Assembly: GCA_032718475.1 (NCBI GenBank)
Contig: JAUCBJ010001826.1
Span: 1-49,950 of the forward strand
Length of the DNA stretch: 49,950 bases
DNA from: Nemertoderma westbladi
Lineage: Eukaryota > Animalia > Xenacoelomorpha
Direction of reading: 5' to 3'
Numbering within the stretch: position 1 is the first letter of the stretch; each line of letters begins with the position of its first letter. The position numbers and the translations under genes are program-made. The notes under the pieces were generated by a model. It searched no databases. It was given only the letters and a program-made list of their open reading frames with translations, and was not told where the DNA came from. Positions 24,660-34,635 of the stretch are shown in pieces.

Positions 24660-24915
24660 CATAGGCTTATTATATTTATTTCTATAAATTTGAGCTGAAA
24701 TCATACCGGTACTCTGTAATTAATTCTAGTTCATAATTATACTTATATATACTATAAGTGTAAGCTGTATACCGGTATTCACTATAGGCCTATTATATAT
24801 TTATATATATTTGTGCTAAATTTATATACCGGTACTCTGTGACAAATCTAGTCTGTAATAATACTTATATATACTATAAGCATACCGGTATTCTAATATA
24901 TTATATATATATATC
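24660..24915. repeat. Diverged tandem duplication (~123-bp unit)
   Basis: ataccggtactctgt...tacttatatatactataag at about 24703 and 24826. Confidence 0.7.
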
Positions 24916-25029
24916 ACGCTACATTGAGTAGCAGTATCGGTAATTAATTATTAGGCTAGCAGTGATACTGAATTACTAGACTTGCTTTAACTGTAATATA
25001 GCAGTTGGCATTCAACTGTACAAACAAAA

Positions 25030-28000
25030 ATGGCAACAGCAGAAGCGGAAAGAAAGGCGGCAGAGGCAGTGGCAGAAGCAGAACGGAAGGCGTCTGAAGC
25101 GACTACCCAACTAGAGCTGGAAAACCTTCAGGCGAAACAAGATTACTTGAAGAAACAAGCCAGAAGACAGGGATTTGCCTCCTCCGATGAGGGTGATGTA
25201 AGAGATCCCGAAAGTGGAGGTAATAAATCTCGTGCAAGCGGACGTAGAAGAACGCCACACCGTCGGAGGTTGTCTGATTTCCCTCTTGGGGTGAGAGGGC
25301 GAATCTTGTATCACTCATTAGGTAATCTTGAACCCACAGACCAAATTATTACAGTAGAAAGACTCCCTACTATAGTAGATGAGCCTGAAATAATTAGGCC
25401 TGTTCTCGAAGCCACCCCTTCGGTGATAGAGACACCTGTACTCCCAGAACCTACCTCTAAATTCCCTTTGCACAGCACGAAACTACCTGTGCCCAGTAGG
25501 ATTGTTCCCGAGTCCGAACCCGTCCTGGACGCCGAGCGAGATATCAAGAATTTATCGCCCGTCGTCTCTCGCTCGCCCGCTACTACGTTGGCGACTCCCG
25601 CTTCGGCGGTTGAGTGGGTAGCTGAGGGACGACGGGAGATGGGTCTCCTGCTCGAGCAGCTGAGGGAACACTGTTTGTGCTCCTCTCAGCAGGTCAGGGA
25701 AATGGAAGAGACTGTTCAGCAGCTCAAGGGAACAGTAAGGGAAAGTAGGTTAGAGTTGCAAAAAGTGCAGCAAAGTATCGCACTAGAATGCGACAAATTA
25801 GTCAACCTACAAAAGGGAATACCAATAACCCCTGTAACAGTGTGTCAGCCTGTTAGGTCTGAAGTATTACATGCGCAAGGTGTGGAGCCTACACGCATCT
25901 ATACTGCTAGTGAAGTAGAAACTCCTATAGCAAACCCTATTAAGGGTGATTATACGCCTGTTGTTAATGACATTCCCAATAGACTTGATAATAATCCGAG
26001 AAATTTATATACCGATAACTCGATATTCAATAACACGATGGCCCAAGAAAGTTTTACGCGTCAAATGGCTAGAACCGAAGCCCGTCAAGTGGTAAAGGTT
26101 GGAGAGATAGACAAGTTCAATGGAGATGAGATGAAATGGTTACCTTTTAATGAATATTATAAAGATAACATACAGAACTCTGTGTTATCCAACGGAGAGA
26201 AACTTAGATTCCTCATCGAGTGCTTGGAAGGACCTCCCAAGTCAATGGCGTTAAAATTTATTGGACATCCAGATGGATTAAGACAAGTTTGGGATACACT
26301 AAACATCAGGTATGGTAATAGGAATAACATAGCTAGGTATTTATATGCGAAATTAATGGCCCCCCGAAAGTTTCTTAGCAGCGGGATTATAGAGTTTTCC
26401 GATGAGATTCAGGAGATCTGTAGACAACTAGATTGGTTAGGTAAGTCTCATGAATACCAGAATTCTATGGTTGTAGGAGCCTTAGCATCTACTTTGCCCA
26501 AGGGTGGAGTAGGTACACGCTGGGACAAGAAGGTATTATATACGATGGAACAACAACAACGAGACCCTGCCATGGCTGATCTCATGTCATTCTTGGATGG
26601 CGAAGTGAAATTACAACTCCTAAAGCAATCCAGAGAGAAGGCACCGGAGAATAAGGTAAGTGAGAAACCCGTTTCTAGGAGAAGAGTAACACCGGTGTGT
26701 TATACTGATGACGGCGAAAGCCAAGCTTCTCAAGAAGAAGACAGCGAGAAAGACACCGAGAAATTTTACTATGTTAACAAGACCTCAAAGAACGTAAGTA
26801 AATCTAAAGCTCGAACCCATGACAGGAGAGAACAGGTTGCTAAGACTCCTCTTCAGTTTCCTAACAGAGTACACGGAAGAAAGCCCGAAGAAAGAACTAG
26901 AGTGCATAACGTCACCCAAGGTAAAGTGAGTAACATTAAACCAAAATGTGCGCTGTGCGACGGGCCCCACCGTTTGAGTGCGTGTGCGGAATTCCTAAAG
27001 AAATCCCTTGTAGACAGACGTACAGTTGTGTGGGACAAGCGGTTATGCTATAATTGCCTCAGACGCGGACACCAGCGGCGAACCTGTTACTCCGACATAA
27101 AGTGTGCAAAGTGCGGTGCGAAACATCACATCTTGTTACAAAGTGAATTCGAACGAAACAGCCCGAGTCAGGTAAGTGAGCCCAAATCACATGTCCAATT
27201 CAGTGATGTGAACGACACTGACCAAAGTTCTGAGTGGGAAGGATTCTATACGGACGAATTCTCCGACGCCAACGAATCCTGTTACCTAATAAATACCGCA
27301 GTGTATCGAGCACTTACTTACGAAAAGGACACCGACAATGAGTTCTCCCCAACTAACTTTGACAGACAACCATCCTGGAAACCTTCAACTTCCAACGTAG
27401 GAATCAGAGAATTTCCTGTAGTGCAGGTAAGAGTTCATGGTCCCAACAAGAGTTACATAGTGAACGCCCTACTTGACTCCGGCAGCACAGGAACATTCAT
27501 CGATCAAGAACTAGCCGAAGATATCTTTGCTGGACAACCCAAGTTCCGGACTAAATTGAATATGTCAGGAATTATACAGGTTTGGAAATCTACCATAACG
27601 GCAGATTACTATGTAGGTGCGTTGTCCACCCCACAGGATAAATTAGGAGAACAAAGTATAAGGTCAGTAAAAATGGTAGCTATAAAGAACTTCGCTAATA
27701 CCCAAGTAGAGCCTTATAACTGGAACGAGGACAAGAGCATCCAACAACTTAAAATACCTCGATTCCAGACGGATTATCCTGGAGTGCAAATACTTATCGG
27801 CCAAAACGCGCACGAGGCGCTCGAGACATTGGAAAAACGACCTGCTCAACCGCAGCCACTACAAACCTATGCGGTAAGAACTAGAGTAGGTTGGTACTTT
27901 ACTGGCCCTTCCCGCAGAACTCTCGAAGAGAGACTACCACCAGAAAGAATATGCCAGATAAATGGTCTGGAAGTGGAGAGCAGTGAAGTGGACGAACTAA

Positions 28001-28380
28001 CTGAGGGAACACCATACTCCTCAGATAATGACGATATTAACTCCAATGAAGATCAATGGAGACATCGCCCCGAGATGATTAATCTAGCCGACATCGCTTC
28101 CAGAGGAGCGACTCCTCAAGAACGGATAGATACTCCCGGCTGGTTAGGTGGACCCGACTCCCTAAGTAAAGAAGAAGATGAATGGCCTCCTCATCTTACC
28201 ACGGCGGAGAGTAGACAGGCCAAGGGAGCGGAGAAAGTAACACGACAACCCAATCACCCAGCTGGTCGTTTATGTTTACTGGAAAGAGACCAAAAACTGT
28301 CCGGAAACTATGGAAGGCAAGATACTCTTCCTACGACCACTTCCCTAATCCGACAAATATCTAGGGACTCCATAACGTAA
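25030..28380 (+). CDS. gag: BEL/Pao Gag-protease polyprotein with pol remnants (1116 aa)
   Basis: DUF1759-like KFNGDEMKWLPF...LSNGEKLRFLIECLEG; three Cys/His knuckles (CALCDGPHRLSAC, CYNCLRRGHQRRTC, CAKCGAKHH); aspartic protease ALLDSGS; ILIG...AVRTRVGWYFTGP; RNase H C-terminal remnant QWRH...NLADIASRG...WLGGP...EWP. No RT or integrase motifs. Confidence 0.92.
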   Translation: MATAEAERKAAEAVAEAERKASEATTQLELENLQAKQDYLKKQARRQGFASSDEGDVRDPESGGNKSRASGRRRTPHRRRLSDFPLGVRGRILYHSLGNLEPTDQIITVERLPTIVDEPEIIRPVLEATPSVIETPVLPEPTSKFPLHSTKLPVPSRIVPESEPVLDAERDIKNLSPVVSRSPATTLATPASAVEWVAEGRREMGLLLEQLREHCLCSSQQVREMEETVQQLKGTVRESRLELQKVQQSIALECDKLVNLQKGIPITPVTVCQPVRSEVLHAQGVEPTRIYTASEVETPIANPIKGDYTPVVNDIPNRLDNNPRNLYTDNSIFNNTMAQESFTRQMARTEARQVVKVGEIDKFNGDEMKWLPFNEYYKDNIQNSVLSNGEKLRFLIECLEGPPKSMALKFIGHPDGLRQVWDTLNIRYGNRNNIARYLYAKLMAPRKFLSSGIIEFSDEIQEICRQLDWLGKSHEYQNSMVVGALASTLPKGGVGTRWDKKVLYTMEQQQRDPAMADLMSFLDGEVKLQLLKQSREKAPENKVSEKPVSRRRVTPVCYTDDGESQASQEEDSEKDTEKFYYVNKTSKNVSKSKARTHDRREQVAKTPLQFPNRVHGRKPEERTRVHNVTQGKVSNIKPKCALCDGPHRLSACAEFLKKSLVDRRTVVWDKRLCYNCLRRGHQRRTCYSDIKCAKCGAKHHILLQSEFERNSPSQVSEPKSHVQFSDVNDTDQSSEWEGFYTDEFSDANESCYLINTAVYRALTYEKDTDNEFSPTNFDRQPSWKPSTSNVGIREFPVVQVRVHGPNKSYIVNALLDSGSTGTFIDQELAEDIFAGQPKFRTKLNMSGIIQVWKSTITADYYVGALSTPQDKLGEQSIRSVKMVAIKNFANTQVEPYNWNEDKSIQQLKIPRFQTDYPGVQILIGQNAHEALETLEKRPAQPQPLQTYAVRTRVGWYFTGPSRRTLEERLPPERICQINGLEVESSEVDELTEGTPYSSDNDDINSNEDQWRHRPEMINLADIASRGATPQERIDTPGWLGGPDSLSKEEDEWPPHLTTAESRQAKGAEKVTRQPNHPAGRLCLLERDQKLSGNYGRQDTLPTTTSLIRQISRDSIT

Positions 28381-28899
28381 TAACATATGGAGTGGGTGTG
28401 TGACTATATCATTTTATATTTGTTTTTATTTTATATTTATGTATGTATTATTATGTAATATTATTATAATCGTTTTCTTTAATTTTATTTAGTAGAATGT
28501 TATTTTAGCGATTATTTAGTAAATTAGTGCAATATATTAGTGTTTATTACGTACTTAATTATTTATAATATATATTTAGTGCGACGGCGAGAAATAATTA
28601 TTTTTTCTCTTTCCTTACTGTCCGTATCATATTATAAATACGTGACTACAGTAAGATGAAATGTCCGTACTTATTAAAGTACAATAAAGCCACTACTATA
28701 TTTAAGTATTATTGGTAGGCAGAGTATTAGGAATGCAAAGTTCAGATCCTCGTGTCTCGGCTAAACCAAGCTCTGGGTAGACCTTGGAAACGACTTGCCT
28801 CTTCACACTGACATTGCTTCGTGCGATATTGCTCTTCTACCTTATAACAAATAATACATATAGTATAACATATGCAAATAAATCTGTTAAACTTTTGAC

Positions 28900-29180
28900 C
28901 TTCTGTAATTCTAGTCGATTAAGATATCGTGGCACCCACCGATATACTTGAAAGACAAATTCTAGAATCAGTGGTTAATGTCTCCAGACAAGTTCTGGAA
29001 TAAATCGGTGCCCATCCTAAATATTAATTTAATATTTATTAAAATCTGTAAAATCTCGATCCTTTAAAATTTCTAGTCAATTAAGATATCGCAGTATTTA
29101 CCGATATTCTTAGAAGGACTATTTTATAGAATTAAGGATCCTAAGTCCCCAGATATGCTCTGGAATAAAATTTGTGTCAA
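28900..29180. repeat. Diverged tandem duplication (~162-bp unit)
   Basis: ttctagtc(g/a)attaagatatcg...accgata...ctggaataaa at about 28909 and 29071. Confidence 0.7.
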
Positions 29181-29981
29181 TTTAACATCAAATAATAAAA
29201 TTCACGGGAAGAAATTTAAATTCATATTCAAATGAATTTCATAAATTGTCATTTTGTACAATTTATAACATTCCCGAAATGCCAGTAATTAATAGATCAT
29301 GGGAGCGGAGATTCATATTGAGTGTACTAGAGTGTGAGAATCTCCAACATATAGTCAATAGCCGATAAAATTTATAAAATCATGCATAAAGAGGATATTG
29401 ACAATTAAAGAATTACTATTAAATAACATCCCAGATCTGTATGCATGAGAATTACCCTAATTCTACCGCTAGTTTTCCATAATGTCACCATGGCAACACC
29501 CACGCTAGAATTAGAAGCAAGTTAAAGGAACAATAAAAAGCTTGCCCCATTGCGTAGCATAAGAGTATACATAGCGCGCTATTAGTATCCAAGGATACAT
29601 AGTAATAACGTGACATTCTGGAAGACACTGACTAACGGACAAATGGCATGCATGTGTGCAGTAAGTAATGATTGTATGGAATTTGTGCGTTTATAGGTGA
29701 ATGTTACTACTAAAGTGTGTTTACAGTAGCTAATCGCAATTGTAAAATAGCCCTAACTCTACCGAGATAACCTCAAGTGGATTCAAGCCTTTGGGACGGA
29801 CAGTGGTGGGACTTGTGCCGGTTATCGTTGTCGTGCTGTTGCTACATGTTGGCGTAAACACTGCGACAGCGGTACATCGGCGCTGAGGATCCCACTGTCC
29901 GGGGGCAAAGAGAGGTAGGCAGCGACGTCCGCTCGCCTAAACATAAACTCATTTCGATATTAACAAACTCAGATAGCAAAT

Positions 29982-30380
29982 ATGACGGAGTTGATAGAAG
30001 ATGATCTTGGTATCAGGGAGCGATATACTCTACCTTTACAAGCATTTGTGGATAGCTTGATACGCGGTGAAACCGATCCAACCATTACGGAGGACGATGG
30101 TCGTTATATCGAACCGCCGACGTCCCAAGAGCAACTTACGCGTGAATTGGACTATCGAAAATTCACCGCTCGCTATACGCATCGTAATAATACGTATATG
30201 GACCTCCTAACTACCGGCCATCCTATCGATTTACATGATACGGACGATGTAGACACCGAAAGGGAAATGGTTCTATTTAAATATCATACCCAGCGGCGTC
30301 GTAACGATAAATCGAGAATAGATCACGAAAATTCTATTCGTAACAGACTGGGAAGACGAACCAATATGCCTAGAATCTGA
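29982..30380 (+). CDS. Extra 3' region of the LTR element, part 1 (acidic/Arg-rich, unknown function)
   Basis: 132-aa ORF in a GC-elevated block; overlaps the open frame of the next ORF (open from 30374). Confidence 0.5.
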   Translation: MTELIEDDLGIRERYTLPLQAFVDSLIRGETDPTITEDDGRYIEPPTSQEQLTRELDYRKFTARYTHRNNTYMDLLTTGHPIDLHDTDDVDTEREMVLFKYHTQRRRNDKSRIDHENSIRNRLGRRTNMPRI

Positions 30381-30430
30381 GGAGATTCAGCCTATCGCGC
30401 TCGGAACAGCGACAACGATTACATCCTGGA

Positions 30431-30961
30431 ATGGTATCAAGGTCCACTGCGTACGATTATCGCCATGACAACTGTGTTTCTCGGCAACGTTGTCGGTTAT
30501 GCGCATCGAGAGACCATGTTACGCCCATGGACACAGACGTCCGCTGTTCCTATTTCCACGAACAACCGGCGATGGAAATTTATTGCGCGTATTGCAGATT
30601 TAATGATTTGCACGTTTTTGCGGTTTGCCCTCAATTTGTGACTCAATGTCACCATTGTCAACTGGGGGGACACGCCAGTTTCGATTGCCCTTTTAATCGC
30701 GATTTGGAGGGCGTGGATGAAATGATCACACTACGTTACATTAGAGCTTGGGAAGCGAAGGCTGATTTACATCGTGATTCGCGCCATCGCTATTATCCTG
30801 GACGCGCTTACGAAGGAATTTATGCGTTCCATCCTTATCTATTCGCTTCTGTCGAACAGAAATCACGCATATCGAGTTACAGGAAGTATATCGACGGCCT
30901 TACGAATACCGAGCCCGTGAACGCGAGTTGGAAAGGACCATTAAACCCCGGAGGTTTCTAG
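30431..30961 (+). CDS. Extra 3' region of the LTR element, part 2: multi-CCHC zinc-knuckle protein
   Basis: CRLCASRDH...C, CAYCRFNDLHVFAVC and the canonical CX2CX4HX4C CHHCQLGGHASFDC. Confidence 0.68.
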   Translation: MVSRSTAYDYRHDNCVSRQRCRLCASRDHVTPMDTDVRCSYFHEQPAMEIYCAYCRFNDLHVFAVCPQFVTQCHHCQLGGHASFDCPFNRDLEGVDEMITLRYIRAWEAKADLHRDSRHRYYPGRAYEGIYAFHPYLFASVEQKSRISSYRKYIDGLTNTEPVNASWKGPLNPGGF

Positions 30962-31260
30962 CTGCCTATAGTCCACCCACGGCCCTCGTTCGGACCACTC
31001 GTAAAAGACCCGTAAGAGCGGCTGTCTTAAAACGCGCTCTCAAAGCCGTTAGACCCCTCTCCCCCGACGTTGATGTCAATCAACCCGGCACTTCGACTGG
31101 CGGATACACTGACCATAATCCTACACCCTCTGATGCAATCATATTGCACCCTTCACCCAGGAGTTATAGCCCTCCTTGTAAAGTGGCTCGCCCCAAAGAG
31201 AAAAGGACTCTGGCTAGCTTTAAAAAACTGCGTAAACGCCGTCTGCGCAAGAAAGACTAA
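30928..31260 (+). CDS. Extra 3' region of the LTR element, part 3 (basic, NLS-like tail)
   Basis: Overlapping frame ending KKLRKRRLRKKD about 80 bp before the 3' LTR. Confidence 0.4.
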   Translation: MERTIKPRRFLAAYSPPTALVRTTRKRPVRAAVLKRALKAVRPLSPDVDVNQPGTSTGGYTDHNPTPSDAIILHPSPRSYSPPCKVARPKEKRTLASFKKLRKRRLRKKD

Positions 31261-31338
31261 CTGTTTAGAGTATTTACGTATATTAGAAACTGTGATTTTG
31301 TATATTTCATAGACTCAAATCCCATTTTCTGGGAGCGG

Positions 31339-32559
31339 TGTAAAAGCTTCTGTGGGATATAACTGGCCCCTTTGCTTCGCAATCCAGTTTCCCCCCAGGC
31401 GCTGGAATACTCTAAAAAGGTTCTCTAACTGTATATATATTCCCCTCGCCCGCAAGGTACCGTTACAGGTGTTTTAACGGACATAAAAGTCATTCTGCTA
31501 TATACGTGTTTTAGCGGACATGGTAAGGCAAAAAACCTGCAATGCACCAAATACCTTTCACAGCTTAGCCGTGATGATTCATATTACGACATCTAACAGC
31601 TGGTTGCTGACATGGAAACAGCCATTGGATGCATGGTTCTTTGTTTGGCTTGAGCCAATCAGAGCGTTTTTTCCTGTCGACGTGTAGCTTTTCGGCCGAT
31701 CATAAGGAGAGTGTTCAGTCTTACTGTTTTTACTTGATACTTTGTTGTTATTGCTGTCTAAGCCAGAAACACCGGCTCTAAGAACTCTAGTAAAACTGCT
31801 TAGATTATAGAAAGTATAACTGTTACCGGCGGTGTTACCTCACTTAATTTAACTGCACTAATCATATTGTTTGTACTGCTATTTACCGTCAGTTATTAAT
31901 TGTATCTATTTGTTGATGGAAATATTGCTCTTTGGAGAATACGGATAAATCACCCAAAATTCCCAATTTCTTGATACACTACAGGTTAGAGAGACAGGCT
32001 ATATATAACAATTGCGATTTATATCAATGTGGTGTGTATTGAATCTAATGTTATTTAGTAGACACTACCTGAGTCAATTGCTGTTCTCTTTATGTGTGAT
32101 CAAATATACTGACGGTCGGCAGAATAGTGTGCATGATTGTGAGTGTGATGTGACTGGTAACAAAGCATTTCCTAAAGAATGCGACTTATACTTTAATCAT
32201 AAGCCTTATCGTTGCGTTTAGTATAAGTCCTAGCTCTGTTTAAATAGATAGAGCGCCACGTCCTAAAGGAACTGTTAATATTTCCCGAAAGTTAATAATA
32301 TCTGTCAGAAATTAATTATTAGCGATCAATCGAATAATACAGTAGGCTTACACTGCAACCTTACACTGCAATAATAAAATCTAAGCATCCGAATTCAGCC
32401 TCCCGGGTGTAGATCCATCGGGTGAATGATCGCGCATGGGCTGGCTTCGGCTAATGTTTTGTTTATTAGCATAAAATAATGCTAAAGGTGTGTTAATTAA
32501 CTAAAAGACATATAAATTTTGGCAGGTTAAACTGCTAAAGGTCTTCAAAAGCGCGAACA
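31339..32559 (+). repeat. 3' LTR (1221 bp)
   Basis: Differs from the 5' LTR by indels of 1, 1 and 7 bp and about two substitutions seen by eye. Confidence 0.97.
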
Positions 32560-34531
32560 ACTATACTGCGTCTAATTACCACAATATACAGAACTCAAGC
32601 GTCTATTTACCACAAGACTAACTGCATCTAATTACCACAATATACAGAACTTAGGTGTCTATTTACCTCAAGACTACACTGCATCTACTGTATTTACCAC
32701 ATACAGAACGCAAGTGTCTAATTACCACATCACTACTGCGTCTAGAATTACTGTACCACAATATACAGAACTCAAGTGTCTATTTACCACAAGACTACAC
32801 TTCATCTAATTACCACAATATACAGAACGTGTCTAATTACCACAAGACTATACTGCGTCTAATTACCACAATATACAGAACTCAAGTGTATATTTACCAC
32901 AAGACTAACTCTGCATCTAATTACCACAATATACAGAACGCAAGTGTCTAATTACCACAATATACAGAACGCAAGTGTCTAATTACCACAACACTATACT
33001 GCGTCTAATTACCACAATATACAGAACGCAAGTGTCTAATTACCACAACACTATACTGCGTCTAATTACCACAATATACAGAACGCAAGTGTCTAATTAC
33101 CACAACACTATACTGCGTCTAATTACCACAATATACAGAACGCAAGTGTCTAATTACCACAACACTATACTGCGTCTAATTACCACAATATACAGAACTT
33201 AGGTGTCTATTTACCACAAGACTACACTGCGTCTAATTACCACAATATACAGAACGCAAGTGTCTAATTACCACAACACTATACTGCGTCTAATTACCAC
33301 AATATACAGAACGCAAGTGTCTAATTACCACAACACTATACTGCGTCTAATTACCACAATATACAGAACTTAGGTGTCTATTTACCATAAGGACTACACT
33401 GCATCTAATTACCACAATATTATTTTACAATGGCATCTAATTACCACAATATACAGAACGCAAGTGTCTAATTACCACAACACTATACTGCGTCTAATTA
33501 CCACAATATACAGAACGCAAGTGTCTAATTATCACAACACTATACTGCCTCTAATTACCACAATATACAGAACGGAAGTGTCTAATTACCACAACACTAT
33601 ACTGCGTCTAATTACCACAATATACAGAACGCAAGTGTCTAATTACCACAACACTATACTGCGTCTAATTACCACAATATACAGAACTTAGGTGTCTATT
33701 TACCACAAGACTACACTGCGTCTAATTACCACAATATACAGAACGCAAGTGTCTAATTACCACAACACTATACTGCGTCTAATTACCGCAATATACAGAA
33801 TGCAAGTGTCTAATTACCACAACACTATACTGTGTCTAATTACCACAATATACAGAACGCAAGTGTCTAATTACCACAACAATATACTGCGTCTAATTAC
33901 CACAATATACAGAACGCAAGTGTCTAATTACCACAACACTATACTGCGTCTAATTACCACAATATACAGAACTTAGATGTCTATTTACCACAAGACTACA
34001 CTGCGTCTAATTACCACAATATACAGAACGCAAGTGTCTACTTACCACAAGACTGCACTGCATCTAATTACCACAATATACAGAACTCAAGTGTCTATTT
34101 ACAACAAGACTACACTGCATCTAATTACCACAATGTACAGAACGCAAGTGTCTACTTACCACAAGACTACACTGCATCTAATTACCACAATATACAGAAC
34201 TCACGTGTCTATTTACCACAAGACTACACTGCATCTATTTACCGAAATATACAGAACTCAAGTGTCTATTTACCACAAGACTACACTGCATCTAATTACC
34301 ACAATATACAGAACCCAGGTGTCTATTTACCACAAGATTACACTGCATCTAATTACCACAATATACAGAACGGCAGTAATTAATACTCAGTGTCTATTTA
34401 CCACAAGACTACACTGCATCTAATTACCACAATATACAGAACTCAAGTGTCTATTTACCACAAGACTACACTTCATCTAATTACCACAATATACAGAACT
34501 CAAGTGTCTATTTACCACAACACTACTGCGT
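32560..34531. repeat. 57-bp satellite (31 + 26 bp subunits sharing CTAATTACCACAA)
   Basis: Visible tandem array; the 19-aa periodicity of the spurious ORFs corresponds to 57 bp. Confidence 0.97.
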
Positions 34532-34635
34532 GTTAGGTAGGTAGGTGGACCTACTGTAGCAGACAGCCAGACTGCTTGGCGCCAAACAAAGGAGTAGAAA
34601 CCGGATTGTGGGCCGCCACTATCCCTCGAAGAGGA

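Larger units (their letters stand above)
21630..32559 (+). mobile_element. BEL/Pao LTR retrotransposon, non-autonomous (pol largely deleted), 10930 bp
   Basis: TG...CA LTRs, 5-bp TSD ACTAT (21625-21629 and 32560-32564), purine tract gggagcgg before the 3' LTR, BEL-type Gag-protease ORF. Confidence 0.95.

Noticed and set aside
29760-29890. Hydrophobic stretch (TVVGLVPVIVVVLLLHVGV) as an env remnant
   Set aside because: Short, no start codon and no other envelope features.
32655-34423. ORFs over the 57-bp satellite
   Set aside because: The unit length is a multiple of 3, which produces artefactual periodic ORFs.
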